A DNA stretch of 64,000 bases from Camelus dromedarius. Taxonomy: Eukaryota. Made by a program: the position numbers and the translations under genes. Location: positions 77,378,001 through 77,442,000 of the forward strand of contig NC_087436.1 of assembly GCF_036321535.1 (NCBI RefSeq), given 5' to 3'. Below are positions 1-12,800 of this stretch, one piece after another; position 1 is the first letter of the stretch; each line of letters begins with the position of its first letter. The notes under the pieces were generated by a model. It did no database searches and was not told the origin of the DNA. It was given only the letters and a program-made list of their open reading frames with translations.

Positions 1-2024
1 ACCTACTGCTCACATTTTGTTGTAATGATTTGAGAGATCTGCTAACTCAAACTCACAACCGAATGCTATGTGCCCCTTTTCTCAGTGTGTATGTTTAAAG
101 ATGACACCTACCTTTCCTCTTGAAAAATCTAAAGGAAAACCTTTGTGAGAGTAGTAAGCATCTGATTTATTTAGTTTTTTTAATTTTTGAAAGCTTTCAA
201 ATGCCAATCAAATCATGCATTGAAAAAAGTACGAGGTAATTCCACGTTGTTAAAATAAACATTAAGTTAGAATATCTGGGTAAACAAAACCAGCACAGTA
301 AAATCACCAGATCTTCTGCATTTTAAAAATGCCCTGTGGCAATTTTCCTTGAAACCTCCACTGACAATAAAAAGGAAGGCATGCATGAGGAAATGCACAA
401 TAATGGCTTATAAAATAGCTTTCAAATTACAAGGAGTCAAACGTTCTGGTTTCTATCAGGACCCAGTGGCCATAAGCAAGCTTTAATGGGTGCAGGTGCA
501 GTTGTTTCTAAACATGTTTTTGTTTTCACTTAATCCCGTTATCACTGGCTGTTACCCCAGTGCCTGCTCCATCTGTTCGCCCTCACCGTTCGCTCATTTA
601 GCACTGCCCTGGCAAGCTCAGTTTACCAACAGGAAGAAGAAAATGCCTTGATTTCACCATGATCTAGTAGTGAGTGACCTAGTTTTCTTAAGTTCGTTGG
701 CCTAAAACTGTGGAAGGCTTTGGCCAAGTTGATTTTCATCAACTATTCATGATTTTTTTTTCCTTGTAATGTCATTTCCTACATATAGATTTCTAAAAAA
801 AAAAATTGCTGATTATTTTTATTTTCATCAGTTCTCATTGGGGTTCTTTGCTGATTTATTTTTATAATTCATAGTTTTTATTATCAGCTTCTCATGTGTT
901 TACTATGCTATAACCCAAAATTGCCTCATTACTAAAAGCTTCCATAAACTTTTCTCTTTATTATAGGTGATTTCACCTTTAAAATGCTGTGCAAAGATTT
1001 CCCTGCATTTAAAAAAAAAAATTGTTTGTTTTGAGTGTAGACACTGGAAGCAGGAAAAAGACCAATCTGATTGGAAATGTGCCAGAAAGGGTGGAATATT
1101 TGAAAGAAATGATTCAGTTTCATGGTTTTCCTTTATAAATCTTGCTGTTTACTTGGAGAACAGCCATAGATACTCTGGGAGTTTGCTTTAAGAATCACAC
1201 ACCTTGAACTCTTGAGTTCTGCTTGCTGTTTCCAGATGGATAGACTGACCTGCTGCCTGTTCTTCTATTACACATTAACTTTGCTTCTCCAGCTTTTTAA
1301 TAATTAATAAATATCTCCCCTTTTGACTGAAAATACAGAAGACAGTGAGATCATATAAGAGGCTTGGTTAGGAAATGCATATGAGTTTTCATCTACTTAG
1401 TCAATAAAGAAAAGAAACAGCAACTGGAGTTGCATTATTATCTTCTGTTTACTTTTCTATATCCCTCTAGACTTTGAGCTCATTCTTCTCTGTATTCTTT
1501 GTGTTAGAAAAGAGCTGGTTATATAATAGACTCTCTACAAATGTTTTGAGGAAAGGAAGAAAAAGAAACCCAGTATAAATTTTTCATTGTCCGCCAAATG
1601 CCATGACAATCATTTTAGCATTGTTTTCTAACTTTTGATGAACTATAAGCCTTATTGAAACACTTGGTATAGGTTAGTTTTAAAACTCCCAGGAATATAC
1701 ATGTATACTACTAAATCAGTATTAATTGTGCCCACATCAGTAATGTGGTTATGGTCACTTATCATCTGTATGTGGCTATAATTTTGAGATAAGGTAATGT
1801 ATTAAGTTCTGTAAATAATAACTTTGAAGTCTGCATAAATCTCCCAGCCTGAACTGTAACAGAAAATCTATGAAGGGGCATTAGATATAAATTAAAACTT
1901 GTAAAGGCATGCAAGTAAACTTTTAATGAACTACTAAATTACTTTTTGAACTTATAAAATAAGAAGTGTATAGAGTTCTTACAGGGAAAATAAGGCATTT
2001 TCTAATGAAAATCATTACACTTAT

Positions 2025-2345
2025 ATATTCATTTCCTTATTCATTCAAGAAATAATTATTGAGTTTCTAAAAAGTGCCAGGCGTCATTCTAGTTCTAGTC
2101 TGTCACGGGAGATAAAACAATTTCCCTGCCCTCAAGGAGGTGCAGTTATAGTGGTGGAGACAGACCATAAACAAATCTATCCTAGACTGATGATAAACAA
2201 ACACAGACAGATAAACAGACAAAGGGATAGAATAATGTCAGCTTCTGATAAGTGCTATGAAGAAAAGGGAGGGGTCAGAGAATGAGTGGGCTATTTCCAT
2301 AGGTGGCAAGGGGAGAACTCTTTATGGAATGATAGCAGGATCTGA
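2025..2345 (-). mobile_element. LINE-2 3' end fragment
   Basis: ttcattcaagaaataattattgag...gtgccagg...ccctgccctcaaggag...tagtggtggagacagac resembles the reverse complement of the L2 3' terminus. Confidence 0.8.
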
Positions 2346-3610
2346 AAAGATTTTCTACAACTGAGATAATTTTAAAGACTATATGACTTCAGATAAGTGT
2401 GAGATGTAGGAGACCAGCTGTGGATGCCTAGAGAAAGCAAAAGACATTGGTCTTAATTCAATTTGACGTCAATGTTCTGTGTTTAAAAGCTCAAGACACA
2501 CTCATCTCAGAAACAGGTAATGTTTTATCTTAAAGGAAATGTGACTATCTGGCAATTCAGTTGCTTTGGTTCTTCATGTATGAAAAGATGATTCAGATAT
2601 ATATGTAGACAGTAGTGTTGTTTATGAAAAAAATTAGATATTATGTAAAAAAATTTCTTAGAAAATGTGAAATCAGTTGGCTTGCTTGCATCTAACTACT
2701 TTCATAGTTGACTAACCTGATTGTGTAGATTATTGTCAAACTTAATATTTCTTTTATATGCCATTCTAAGTTATGTGAGTAAATACTTAGTGTGGGTTTA
2801 CATACACATTGTATTTGTTGTATAGTACTGTGTCATTCACAGCAAAGTTCAGGCAATTTTTAAAAATTATTTTATTAATGATCATTAAAGTACTAGGGTT
2901 TCTTTGAGGTATATTGGCAAGTAATTAGTTAATAGCAAACAGTAGGGTATTATTTTTATTTCTAGGAAGAAGGTGGGTTTAAGTCATCAGTTTCTTTTTC
3001 AAATTCTGGTAGCTGGTAACAGTTTCAGACAAGATAGAATTTTTCTCTCTTCATCAGTAGGTAAGAGTTGGATTTGAGAGGAAGTGTTGCCCCCAAAACT
3101 AGATCAAACTGTTTCATATCCACTTAGTAAGATTTCAATTACACAAGGAAATAGTAAATACTTGTTTTTGAAAGAATGTATCTAGATAGATAAAACAACT
3201 CTTATTTCTTCCTTACAGAGGAGATCTAAATCCTTGCTGAAAAAAATCGTAAAAGTAACTTTTAAATATGCATTTAAATTCATGAACACTCCTGACTTCA
3301 AAGAGTTAATGTATTGTCATGTGTGGCCAGGAGCCAAGCTTCACTCCACATTAGCAATGCTCACTTTTGATACAAAATTCTTTGAATTTCCTATGCTAAT
3401 CCTGTAACCTGGAATGTAAATGCTAAAGGAGCCATCTCAAACCAGCACGAAAATATTCAGCAAAAAACATATGTAGAACTATGACTTATACACGTATAAC
3501 TTGTTGCCAGAAATGACAAAATAGGAAGGAAAAGGAAAATTTGAAACATCGTAAACCAATCTAATTCTTTAGATAAATTTATATTTATATTTATATATAC
3601 TAGTTTCTGT

Positions 3611-3637
3611 ACACACACACACACACACACACACACA
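3611..3637. repeat. (AC)13 microsatellite
   Basis: Direct reading. Confidence 0.98.
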
Positions 3638-5479
3638 GGTTTATTTGATCCTGTGGTTAGCTCTGATAAAATAGGAAATACATTTGATGATTGCTATTAA
3701 TATATACGTATAAATGATTATAAATATAAAATAACATTAAATTGAATTTTGAGTTCACAATACATAATGACTTGGTTTTCGTGAACTAGTTTCTGGCTTA
3801 GCCTGTGTAGGAATCTTTAAAAGAGACTATTCAGCTGCTCAGTGGTATTTGAGAATGGGTAGAATTGAAATCTATAAAATATGACTTAATTTGCCACATG
3901 TCAGAAGCCATAAAAGCAAATGTATCTAAAGGTCTTTCATGCCTACATGTTTAACACAAGTGGTCTTTTTCATCATTTATAGTAAATATGATTATTGCCA
4001 GATTGTAAATATGGACCCAGGCTGTTCTTTGGGAAATTTAGTTCAATCTGTTTGCAACTCTTTACAGATGTGAGTTTTCCATAAAGATCATATCTTTGTA
4101 CTTCACTATGAACTGAACATTAGATTATTTCATATATCTATTAAAGGTATATGATAACATTACTTATACAATTCATATTAGAACTGAATGTTCATGGCTT
4201 TCTGTAAAAGAAGATAATAGGAAAAAAAGGGTCAGAAAATAAGACGGCAGTTTCTTCACAATAGAGACATCTCATTTTAGAGACAGCAATATAGTGACTT
4301 TAATTGCTATCTTTCCCTTGTCAGGATGTCCAATGACACTGTACCTCATTCAGGTGCTGGTTGTAATCCCTGCTGTGTTCTTTATCTCTATTTGTGGCTC
4401 TCCTCCAAACCTGACCAGTCAACTCAAAGGCTTTTACTATAGTTCACAAGAAGAGGGAAAAAATAGTAGAAAATAGGTAGTTTCTCATCGCCACTTTTGA
4501 AAAACTTGATGTACATGTTCTACTCATGTAAGTTACCCCTAACATTTTTGCATGCTAGGGCCCCAGTTTTGGCAAATAGTCCTGCTTTTCTGAATCTGAG
4601 CCCTTCCTTTCCCTTACCTTTTATGATTTTCTTTTCCATTTCAAAGACTGTTTGCTATATTTGCGCCTGTTAACACACAAGATCTACTCACCATATAAAT
4701 TATTCCTTAGGAGTCATTTATCTAGTTGATAGGAAGCACACTGATTTGTTAAAAATTTGACCACCTTTTGTAATAATGATAGGCCTCAAGTTTCTCCTCA
4801 ACTTGAGAAACTGAGTTCCATGTTTGAAAAGAACCCAGATCATCTCAGGTGCAAATCACTTCAAAATATATCATGCAAAATGCTTCTTCACTGGTTGAGG
4901 ATTGGGTTGGTCACTGTATCTGTGGCAGTGCATATTCCTGAAGGATAAGAAAACAATTTCTGATAGATGAATAAAAGCATCCTAAACTAAGGCTCACACT
5001 ACCAAAGAAGAGTTCTCAGCATCTTATTGTTTCCAACCAAGACGAAGCTAAACAACTCATCTGGCTAAAAAAAAAAAAAGAAAGAAAGAAAGGGGGAGAC
5101 AGATAAACCCTAACCTTGAAATAAAGATCATAGATATACTAAGTGTCTAAGTCAGCTCCGCAGTGCAGGCAGGCATTAAATCACAGGAAACGACATGACC
5201 TAGAAGCGGTGAGACAGCAAATCTTCAGGAATAGTGGCTGCACGTCACTGTGTTGAAACCTTGGTGCTCAATGTTTGGTGATTCATCCAGAAGCCGTGTG
5301 TCTTAGCCCATCTTGCAGTGAAATCTCAAACGGATATTTCTAAACTGCTTCTCATTAACTCTGAAAGTTTTCAGATGTTTGTAGGCAAGAAAGCAACACT
5401 TGATGTCCTATACTCGAAAATAATGTTTGAATAGGATAGCGGTATATTTTGAGAGCTGACAAATATGCAGATTTTCCAC

Positions 5480-5580
5480 TACTCTTGATGTCATTATCTC
5501 ATTTCATCGTAACTGCAGTCCTGTGAGTTATCTATTGTTATCTCTATTTTACACATGATCAGAATGAGAAGAGTTAAAGG
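5480..5580 (-). mobile_element. MIR SINE core fragment
   Basis: cattatctcatttcatcgtaac...cctgtgag...ttatctctattttacacatga resembles the MIR core, antisense. Confidence 0.6.
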
Positions 5581-5847
5581 GATGGTGAAAATGTATGCCT
5601 TAAGTATGGAACTAATGACATAGGTTGTATAAAAATATTATTACTAAAATGACCAGCAGATCCAAGCAGAGTATGAACCAAGCCTTAATTAAGTTAGGTT
5701 GCAGGTTGGAATATTGCACATGGATATGATACACCAAATAAAATTGCCTTTATTTGGTGCTGGTAAATCTTCACCAAAAACAAGTGCATTAAGTTTGTGA
5801 ATTGTGTTTATAGGTCTTATTTAGTAAAAATGAATTATACAGTAGCA

Positions 5848-6225
5848 TTTTTTCCTTTTTAATAAACTTTTTATTTTAGAATAGATTTAGATTTAGAGAA
5901 CATTTATGATCCCATATACCACACACTCAGTTTATACTATTATTGTCTTACATCATTATGAAACATTTGTCAGAATTAATGAACCAATGTTAATTCACTA
6001 TTATTAACTCAAGTCCTTACTTTTTTCAGATTTCCTTAGTTTTTACCTAAGGCCCTTTTTCTCTTCCAGTATCTCATCCAGGATATTGCATTACATCATT
6101 ATATTTAGTCATTATGTTTCCTTAGGCTCCTATTGGCTTCTCTGTTTTGAAGACTTGATAGTTTTGAGTACTGCTCAGAACATTCCTCAGTAGGGATTTA
6201 TCTGATGTGCTTTCATTTATTTGCC
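5848..6225 (-). mobile_element. Old L1 (L1MC/L1MD-like) 3' UTR fragment
   Basis: T-rich start, then ttattttagaatag...aattaatgaaccaatg...catccaggat...ccttaggctcct, typical of antisense L1MC/MD 3' ends. Confidence 0.75.
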
Positions 6226-6419
6226 TGATGTGTGTCTTGAGCTAACAGAATTCCCAAGGAATTCAAACTCTATCTCAGTTTCCTAGAATCTGCTGGCTAT
6301 CAATCCCAACCGACTTGAGGTAATTGTGGTGTGAAGAGCCTAAGGTACGTGCAATTTAAGACTGAGGGCTTTTCTGCAAGTAAAAAATTGAGAATATGAC
6401 AACAGACAGAAAGGACCTA

Positions 6420-6590
6420 TGCTTGAGTCTTGGTTCAAGCACTCATTAGATTTTTGTGCTTAGGCAAATAAATTAATCTAAAGGGCCACCTTCCACTTCA
6501 GAGGGTGTTCTAAGGATTAAAACAAGTGAAGTATCCTAAAAGTTCCTGATACAGTTCCCTGACATAGCAAGTTATTAATAAGTAGTAGCC
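6420..6590 (+). mobile_element. MIR fragment
   Basis: cttaggcaaataaattaatct...gggtgttctaaggattaaa...cctgacatagcaagttattaataagtagtagc. Confidence 0.6.
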
Positions 6591-8539
6591 CTAAAAATAT
6601 TATTAGATACTACATATAAAGTTCTGGGCACAGGATAGGGCTTTATAAGAATCTATTAGAAATGAGTGGTTTGAGAAATGTCTACTTAATTTGTAAAAAT
6701 ATTTAATTTGGAAATACTATTTTTCTGAAGGAAGTAACATGTTTGAACTTGGTTTTACTAGATTGACTTGGTAGCTCTTTCTCTGAGTGAAAAAAATCTA
6801 TGCAGCTTTTAGAGTGCTATAAGTTTGTCATTCATCAGATTTAGAGGTTGGTATCAATCGGGTTGATGTGACTTCCTTCAGGAGCAGAGATGGGTCAGCT
6901 CTTTAGTCTCTAATCACCCTTCAGTAACTAATGATTAAAATTACATTCCGAGTCAAACAATAGTTAATTCTGTAGTGAAAATAATCTAGTATTGGAACAG
7001 ATAAAAACAGCAGTTTTTACAGACTTCTACTCCAGTAGATAGTGAAAATAGGAAAAGGTAGTATATAGTCTCACTTGTAATGCATTTCTCAGTTAGCCTG
7101 TTAGAAGTCATCCCCTCAAGCCCCATTCAAAGCTTGTGTGTACAAATAGGGCCATTAGGAAAACAAACTAGAAACTAGGAAATGGTCTTCAGAATATGAC
7201 AAGCCGGGTAGGACTGAACGATCATGATAATAAGTACTGGCCTTTGCATTCATGGCTTTAAAGAAACCAGAATGGGCTCAGTGGAAATTGGGCTCTGAGC
7301 CCAAGAAGAATTAGGCAGGGATCCCAAAGGAAATTTAATGTTCTCTACTTTTTTCTTTCTGCTTTCTATTTAATTTGGTTTTGGAAGAAATCTCTATTTA
7401 TAGGACAATTTTAAGTTTATCTGAAGCAGGTGGAAGATGGTTTTAAGTCTACTGACATGGAGAAGCAGGGAAAGATATAGGGGAAAAAGAGACGGCAGCA
7501 CTGGTATATGTCAGAGAGACCATGGAAATACTCGCAGATAGAATTTCATGTTCTGTAATATAAAAGAGATTGAAAACTTTCACCTGAGTCAGCTGGATAT
7601 TTGATTGTCTTTATTTCATAGTTTAACTAATCTGTCCTCCATTATTGTAATAGAATTGTAATAGTCTCAAAAAAGAACTTGAGTAGTTTGATTTACTAGA
7701 CAACATTTCCGTTGAAATAGGTTCCATATATTTGTAAAGTAGATCCAAATATAAAGAGGACTTATTTTGTTTTACTTTAAACCAATTTTTTTTAGACTGT
7801 AAATATAAAAAACAGAGTAATGATCTAAAAATTCAAATGGGAATAAATATTTATTGTGAGAGGAAAAGAAATAATACAACCAGTAAGAGTATAAATGTAT
7901 TGCTCCAAGTAATATATAGAAGTTGTTTATACATGTATATTATGACTAAGATGCTCTTTAAGGTTTTACTAAGTAAAGTTTAAGAATATATCAGGTATGG
8001 AAGAAACTTTAAAATTTAACATATATGAAGTATATAACTAGGCTATTTACAAAACAACTTACTCTATGTCTCTTTAATCTTTCAATAAATGTAAATACTA
8101 GCTTGATAGTGATTCTGATTTTATAAAATTTAATCAAATTTTATTTTAAGCAAAAGGATGTAACAGTTTTCACATCAATTCCAGACACCAAAGTCTAAAA
8201 TGGACTCAGAAATAAATTGAAACAACTGGCAGAAATATGTCAAATCAACAATTAATGGAATTTGTGAGTAGACTATGATAGATGATGAACAAAATAATTC
8301 TTTTCAAACTCTAGGGACTAGGGTTGCCATTTTTGAGTGGAAGAGTTTTCACAGATAGAACAAGAGGAGCCAAAAATAACAAAGAAGATATGCAATTAAT
8401 AAACTGAATAATCAAATGATGCTAAGGTGATGCTTATTATATCCTAAAGAGCTGATTATATAACTGAAGTCTAAAGAATGCAGTTTGGCACATTTAAAGA
8501 ACTACTATTAAGTATAAAATAAAAATTGAACCTGGAGAA

Positions 8540-8750
8540 AAAGGTATTTTGACCAGAATCCTAAGGTCTAGGTAGGTTTGTTACTTTAAATCTCTGTTAT
8601 TTTGAGCAAACATTTTCATGTTGCGACCATCTATAAGTTAGAATTGTTTTAAATATAAGTAATGTCATTGTGCAAATTAATTGAGTCTAGTATAAGCTCC
8701 AAGTGAAAACACTTAGAAAATTGTAAAATGCCATATAAAGTAAGTATTAT
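8540..8750 (+). mobile_element. Degenerate MIR
   Basis: tctctgttattttgagcaaacat...gtgaaaacacttagaaaattgtaaaatgccatataaagtaagtattat resembles a MIR 3' end. Confidence 0.5.
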
Positions 8751-9944
8751 AGTCTCTGTTAAAGGAATGTGCTCTTCCCAAGGTAGCACAGTCAACGGCC
8801 TAACAACATATTTCTAGATAATAATTATAGTTATAATCATGGGAAATGCAGGCTTACTTGGTGGTCTCATTGTTTACTGCTTCATAAAAACAAAACAGCA
8901 CTAAAATTAATGAATTAGAGGCTCTTAATATAGCCGGTATTTCTGAACACATTTTGCAAAGGTGGAAAAATAGGTCATAATGGATCCATGCACACAAAAG
9001 AGAAATATTCTTGGATCCAAGCTTTCTTTGATTTTTTTTTATGAGGTGCACAGTGGAACTAGAAAGCCTCAGTGGGATTAATCAGTGAGCAAACAAATGG
9101 CAACCTTGTGTTTAGAGCCCACGTGGCTTACAGATGAGTCCATTTTCTGTTTACACTCCAGATGCCATGACTATCTATGGACAATATTCCAAACATCCAG
9201 TTCTGTTTCCCTAAAGCAGCCTTCGTGTGCATACATTGCCAAGGCAATAGTTCTAAACAGTCAGAGTCTGTGATTTCACTACTAATCAAATTACTTTGAC
9301 AAGGAGCAGTCACTTAAGGAAAAAAAAAAAAAGAGTGAGCCAAGACTGTAGGTACTTAACTACACAGTGGTATGCCTTCATAGCTATGTAGTTGTTAGCT
9401 AAGGGCTTTTTAATCTGCTCATTGGGATTTGCAATGGCTTAAGGGAGCTGTCCTTTAGTACTCAGCAGTTAGTAGGTACATATTTATCACATTAAGATTT
9501 ATCACATCGAATAGAGTTGCTGGAATTTAACTGACACTTATCAGGATTTCTAAAATACCAATATTCCAAGCAAAGATTGTTGCCTGTCACATTCTTTCTC
9601 TTTCCTTTTGTCTGTGTCTCCTTGCTTCACTATCATAATGACACTTTCCAGGTTTTCACAGGTTCCAGTCCTGTAATTTGTCTTGTGATAGCAAAAGGCA
9701 GCTATGAGCCAACCAGTGATGATATTCTTTCTATGTGCATCTTCCTGAACAGATGCCTGTTCCACTCTGACACAAATTATAACTTCATTAAAGTTTTTCT
9801 GATATGATAGGGGAATCCCTTAATTTCATTGAATTTGATGTGATGTATATGAGAGATGAAATATGATTTAAAATTGGGCAGAATTTTGTGAGAGGCCTCT
9901 TCTTAAGGTCAATAGGAGATACAAGAAACAAACACCAGGTTCTT

Positions 9945-10029
9945 GAATCGTTTCCAGTTTGGGCAATCATGAACAATGCTGTTCTGAACATTCTTCTATG
10001 GTGGCCCTGTGCCTACATTGCTATAAGAA

Positions 10030-10091
<62 letters not shown>

Positions 10092-10600
10092 TGAATTAGC
10101 AGTAGAATTGTTGGGCCATATGTTGTTGTTTTTAGGTCCACATTTAGTAGAAAATATTATGAGTTGTCCATAGTAGATTTAACAGGTTATGTGCCCACTG
10201 GAAATGTGTAAGATTTCCAATGGTTCTACAACTTTACCAAAACTTAGGATTGTTGACGTCTTTTTTAGCCATTCTGATGACTTTGTAGAAGTACCACACT
10301 GTAGTAATAATGTGCATTTTCCTGATTTCTAATGGAGTTGACAATTTTATCATATGTTTATTGGCTTCTTGGCTATCTCCTTTGTGAGGCTGTGAAGCAA
10401 TTCCTTTTTTTATTAGTTTGTCTTTTACTTGTTGATTTGTGTTTTTTATATACTTTGTATTTGAGCATTCTGTCCATTATATGGTTTGTAAACATGATTT
10501 TTTTGCTCTATAGCTTGCCTTTACATTTCCTTAATGGTGTCACAGTGAACAGACACTCCCAATATGAATGTAGTCCAATTTGTTAGTCATCTTCTTTATG
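9945..10600 (-). mobile_element. Old L1 (L1ME-like) ORF2 3' region fragment
   Basis: ttccagtttgggcaatcatgaacaatgctgttctgaacattc...tagccattctgatg...gcattttcctgatttctaatggagttga are antisense L1 motifs. Confidence 0.8.
10028..10088. repeat. Compound A20-(TA)~20 microsatellite
   Basis: Direct reading. Confidence 0.97.
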
Positions 10601-10699
10601 AGATTTTAGTCATATATAAGATAGTTATATAGCAGAGTTCTGAAGCAAATTTTGACTTCCTTTTCCTGAAGTTTTTGTGGGCAGCCATGGACAATAAAG

Positions 10700-11655
10700 A
10701 ATAATTCTGGCTATGGCTTCTTTTCTGTGTTATTTACATTCTCATCTTCTATAGTGTCTTGGTAGCATTCTGCACAGTTGACTATGTGCTAGTTTACTCA
10801 GTTAGCATTTCCTTTCTTTACCTTGGCATAGTAATTATCTGATTTTCTTGTCATGTCTCTTTTGCCAGCTGCTACAATAATCTAACTTAAAATGGTGAAA
10901 TTCATAGTGCTCTCACTCCTAGACTTTCTTCTTTTCTCACTGTTTATTCCCTGTTAGGTATTCTTCTCTGTATTCATGGCTATACGCTGATAATTTACAT
11001 ATTTATATCTTCAGATCAAATATCTTTTCTGAATTCCTGATTTATTGCCCCAACTAAGTAATATCTCTACCTGGATGTCTTACAGATGCTTGAAATCAAG
11101 TATGTCCAAAAATGAACCCATGAACTTTCCACAACTCTCCAATGTTCTCTTGCTAGGTAAATCTTAACACCATGTATCATTTAGTCTGGGTTCTAGCAAA
11201 TCATCCTTTATATCCACCTTTTCTTTTTCATCCATTATGTATTGTCACCTAATCCTGCCTTCTATTCAGTAAAGATTTCTGTTTTTAAGCCACTATCAAG
11301 TCATACATGGATTATACCAACAGCTCTAATTAGTGCCCTTACCTTTACCCTGCAGCCCCAATCCCTTCTTCACATTGATGAGTTATCAGTTTATAATGCA
11401 AATATTAACTTGTCATTCCCTTCCTTAACCTCTTTCAATGATTTCCCATGCCTTCTGGGTAATAAAAGTCCCTTTATCCCTTAAAGTAGCTTAAACAATC
11501 TGGCATGATTTAGTCTTGCTGACTTATTCAACCTCTTCTTTTTTCACTCTCCTCGATGAGTGTCTGTCTTCCCTACTAGATTGTAAACTCCATGAAAACA
11601 TACTGTTTTTCTTTTTGACACCTAGTAGCAGTTTAGGATATTTTTTTTGAACTTA
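10700..11655 (+). mobile_element. LINE-2 3' portion
   Basis: atctctacctggatgtcttacag...caagtatgtccaaaaatgaac...tgtctgtcttccctactagattgtaaactccatga are characteristic L2 motifs. Confidence 0.8.
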
Positions 11656-12274
11656 TAGAATGTATGATGGTATTCTTTTCCACATACTTATTTACACTGG
11701 AGTATCACTTTTCTTTTAGGTATTTATCACCAATGCTATTTATGAATTTGCTCAAATTCATTTTAATACAGTATCTTTATCTGTTATACCCCTAGGGCAA
11801 TCTCTTCTCATCACTATGCTCTGCCACCATTTGCTTGTAGGACCGGGAATGGCTTTGCCCTCTTGGAAGAATGTACATTCTGATCACTTGTCCATGTGTT
11901 CAGCCTGTGTATTTTCTGCCACACTGCAACAATGGATGGGGTTGTTTATTTCTTTTTGGTAAAAATTTGGGGTCTAATATTAGAAATAAACTTCTGACCA
12001 TATATATAATACAGTAGTACCCTACTACTTCCTAACAACTCTCTTAACTTTATCCTCTTCTGGAGAATAAGATTTTTTTCTCTTTAATCATTTCACATTC
12101 ACTATTTAATAGGAAACATTTATGCAGGCATATTTTATGCTGGAGAGCTATTTACATGTCACAAAATGGAAAGAGAACAGTCATCTATTTATTTTAAAAC
12201 AATTTATTTAAACAATTTATTGAATAGTTAGGGAATTATGAATTACAATGCTACATGGTGTTCAACACCTAGAA

Positions 12275-12500
12275 GGCAGTGCCGAGTATGAGATATAAGG
12301 CTTTAGAATCTTCAACCTGGTTTTGCATCTTCCTTGCACCACATAAGAGCTGTTGAATCTACTTGTTTTGGTTTTCTTGTGTAAAACATAGCGATAAACA
12401 AAATCTTATCTTATAGGGCTGTTATGAGAATTAAAAAAGAAAGTGCTTATCAAAGTACCTGGTACTTGGTAAGCAATTAATAAATCTTAGCAATTACTAA
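12275..12500 (+). mobile_element. MIR SINE
   Basis: aggctttagaatc...tcttatagggctgttatgagaattaaa...aaagtacctggtacttggtaagcaattaataaat. Confidence 0.75.
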
Positions 12501-12584
12501 AGTAAAATTTAGAAGATAAACTTTTCATTGTAAATCATGCTTATACTATAAAATATATTTTAAAATATGACACATGACAATACT

Positions 12585-12800
12585 TATTTTTTCTTTTTTT
12601 ATTATCTCATTAACAATTTATTATTATTAATTGTTTTTATTGTTTACATGAAATGGTAGTATTTTAGGTATGTTGGGTTAAATAAAATGTATTAACTACT
12701 ACAATTAATTTTATTATTTCATTTTAGTTTTTAAAATGGGTTATTAGAAAATTTTAAATTATGTATGTGGCAACATTTCATTTGTTTTGAGAGTGCTACT
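12585..12800 (-). mobile_element. MER33-like hAT-Charlie DNA transposon fragment
   Basis: tgttgggttaaataaaatgtatta...tagaaaattttaaattatgtatgtggc is the reverse complement of MER33 and similar to the copy at 59.45 kb. Confidence 0.75.

Noticed and set aside
3195..3260. Splice-acceptor-like cttatttcttccttacag
   Set aside because: No convincing donor or coding frame follows; such motifs are frequent by chance.
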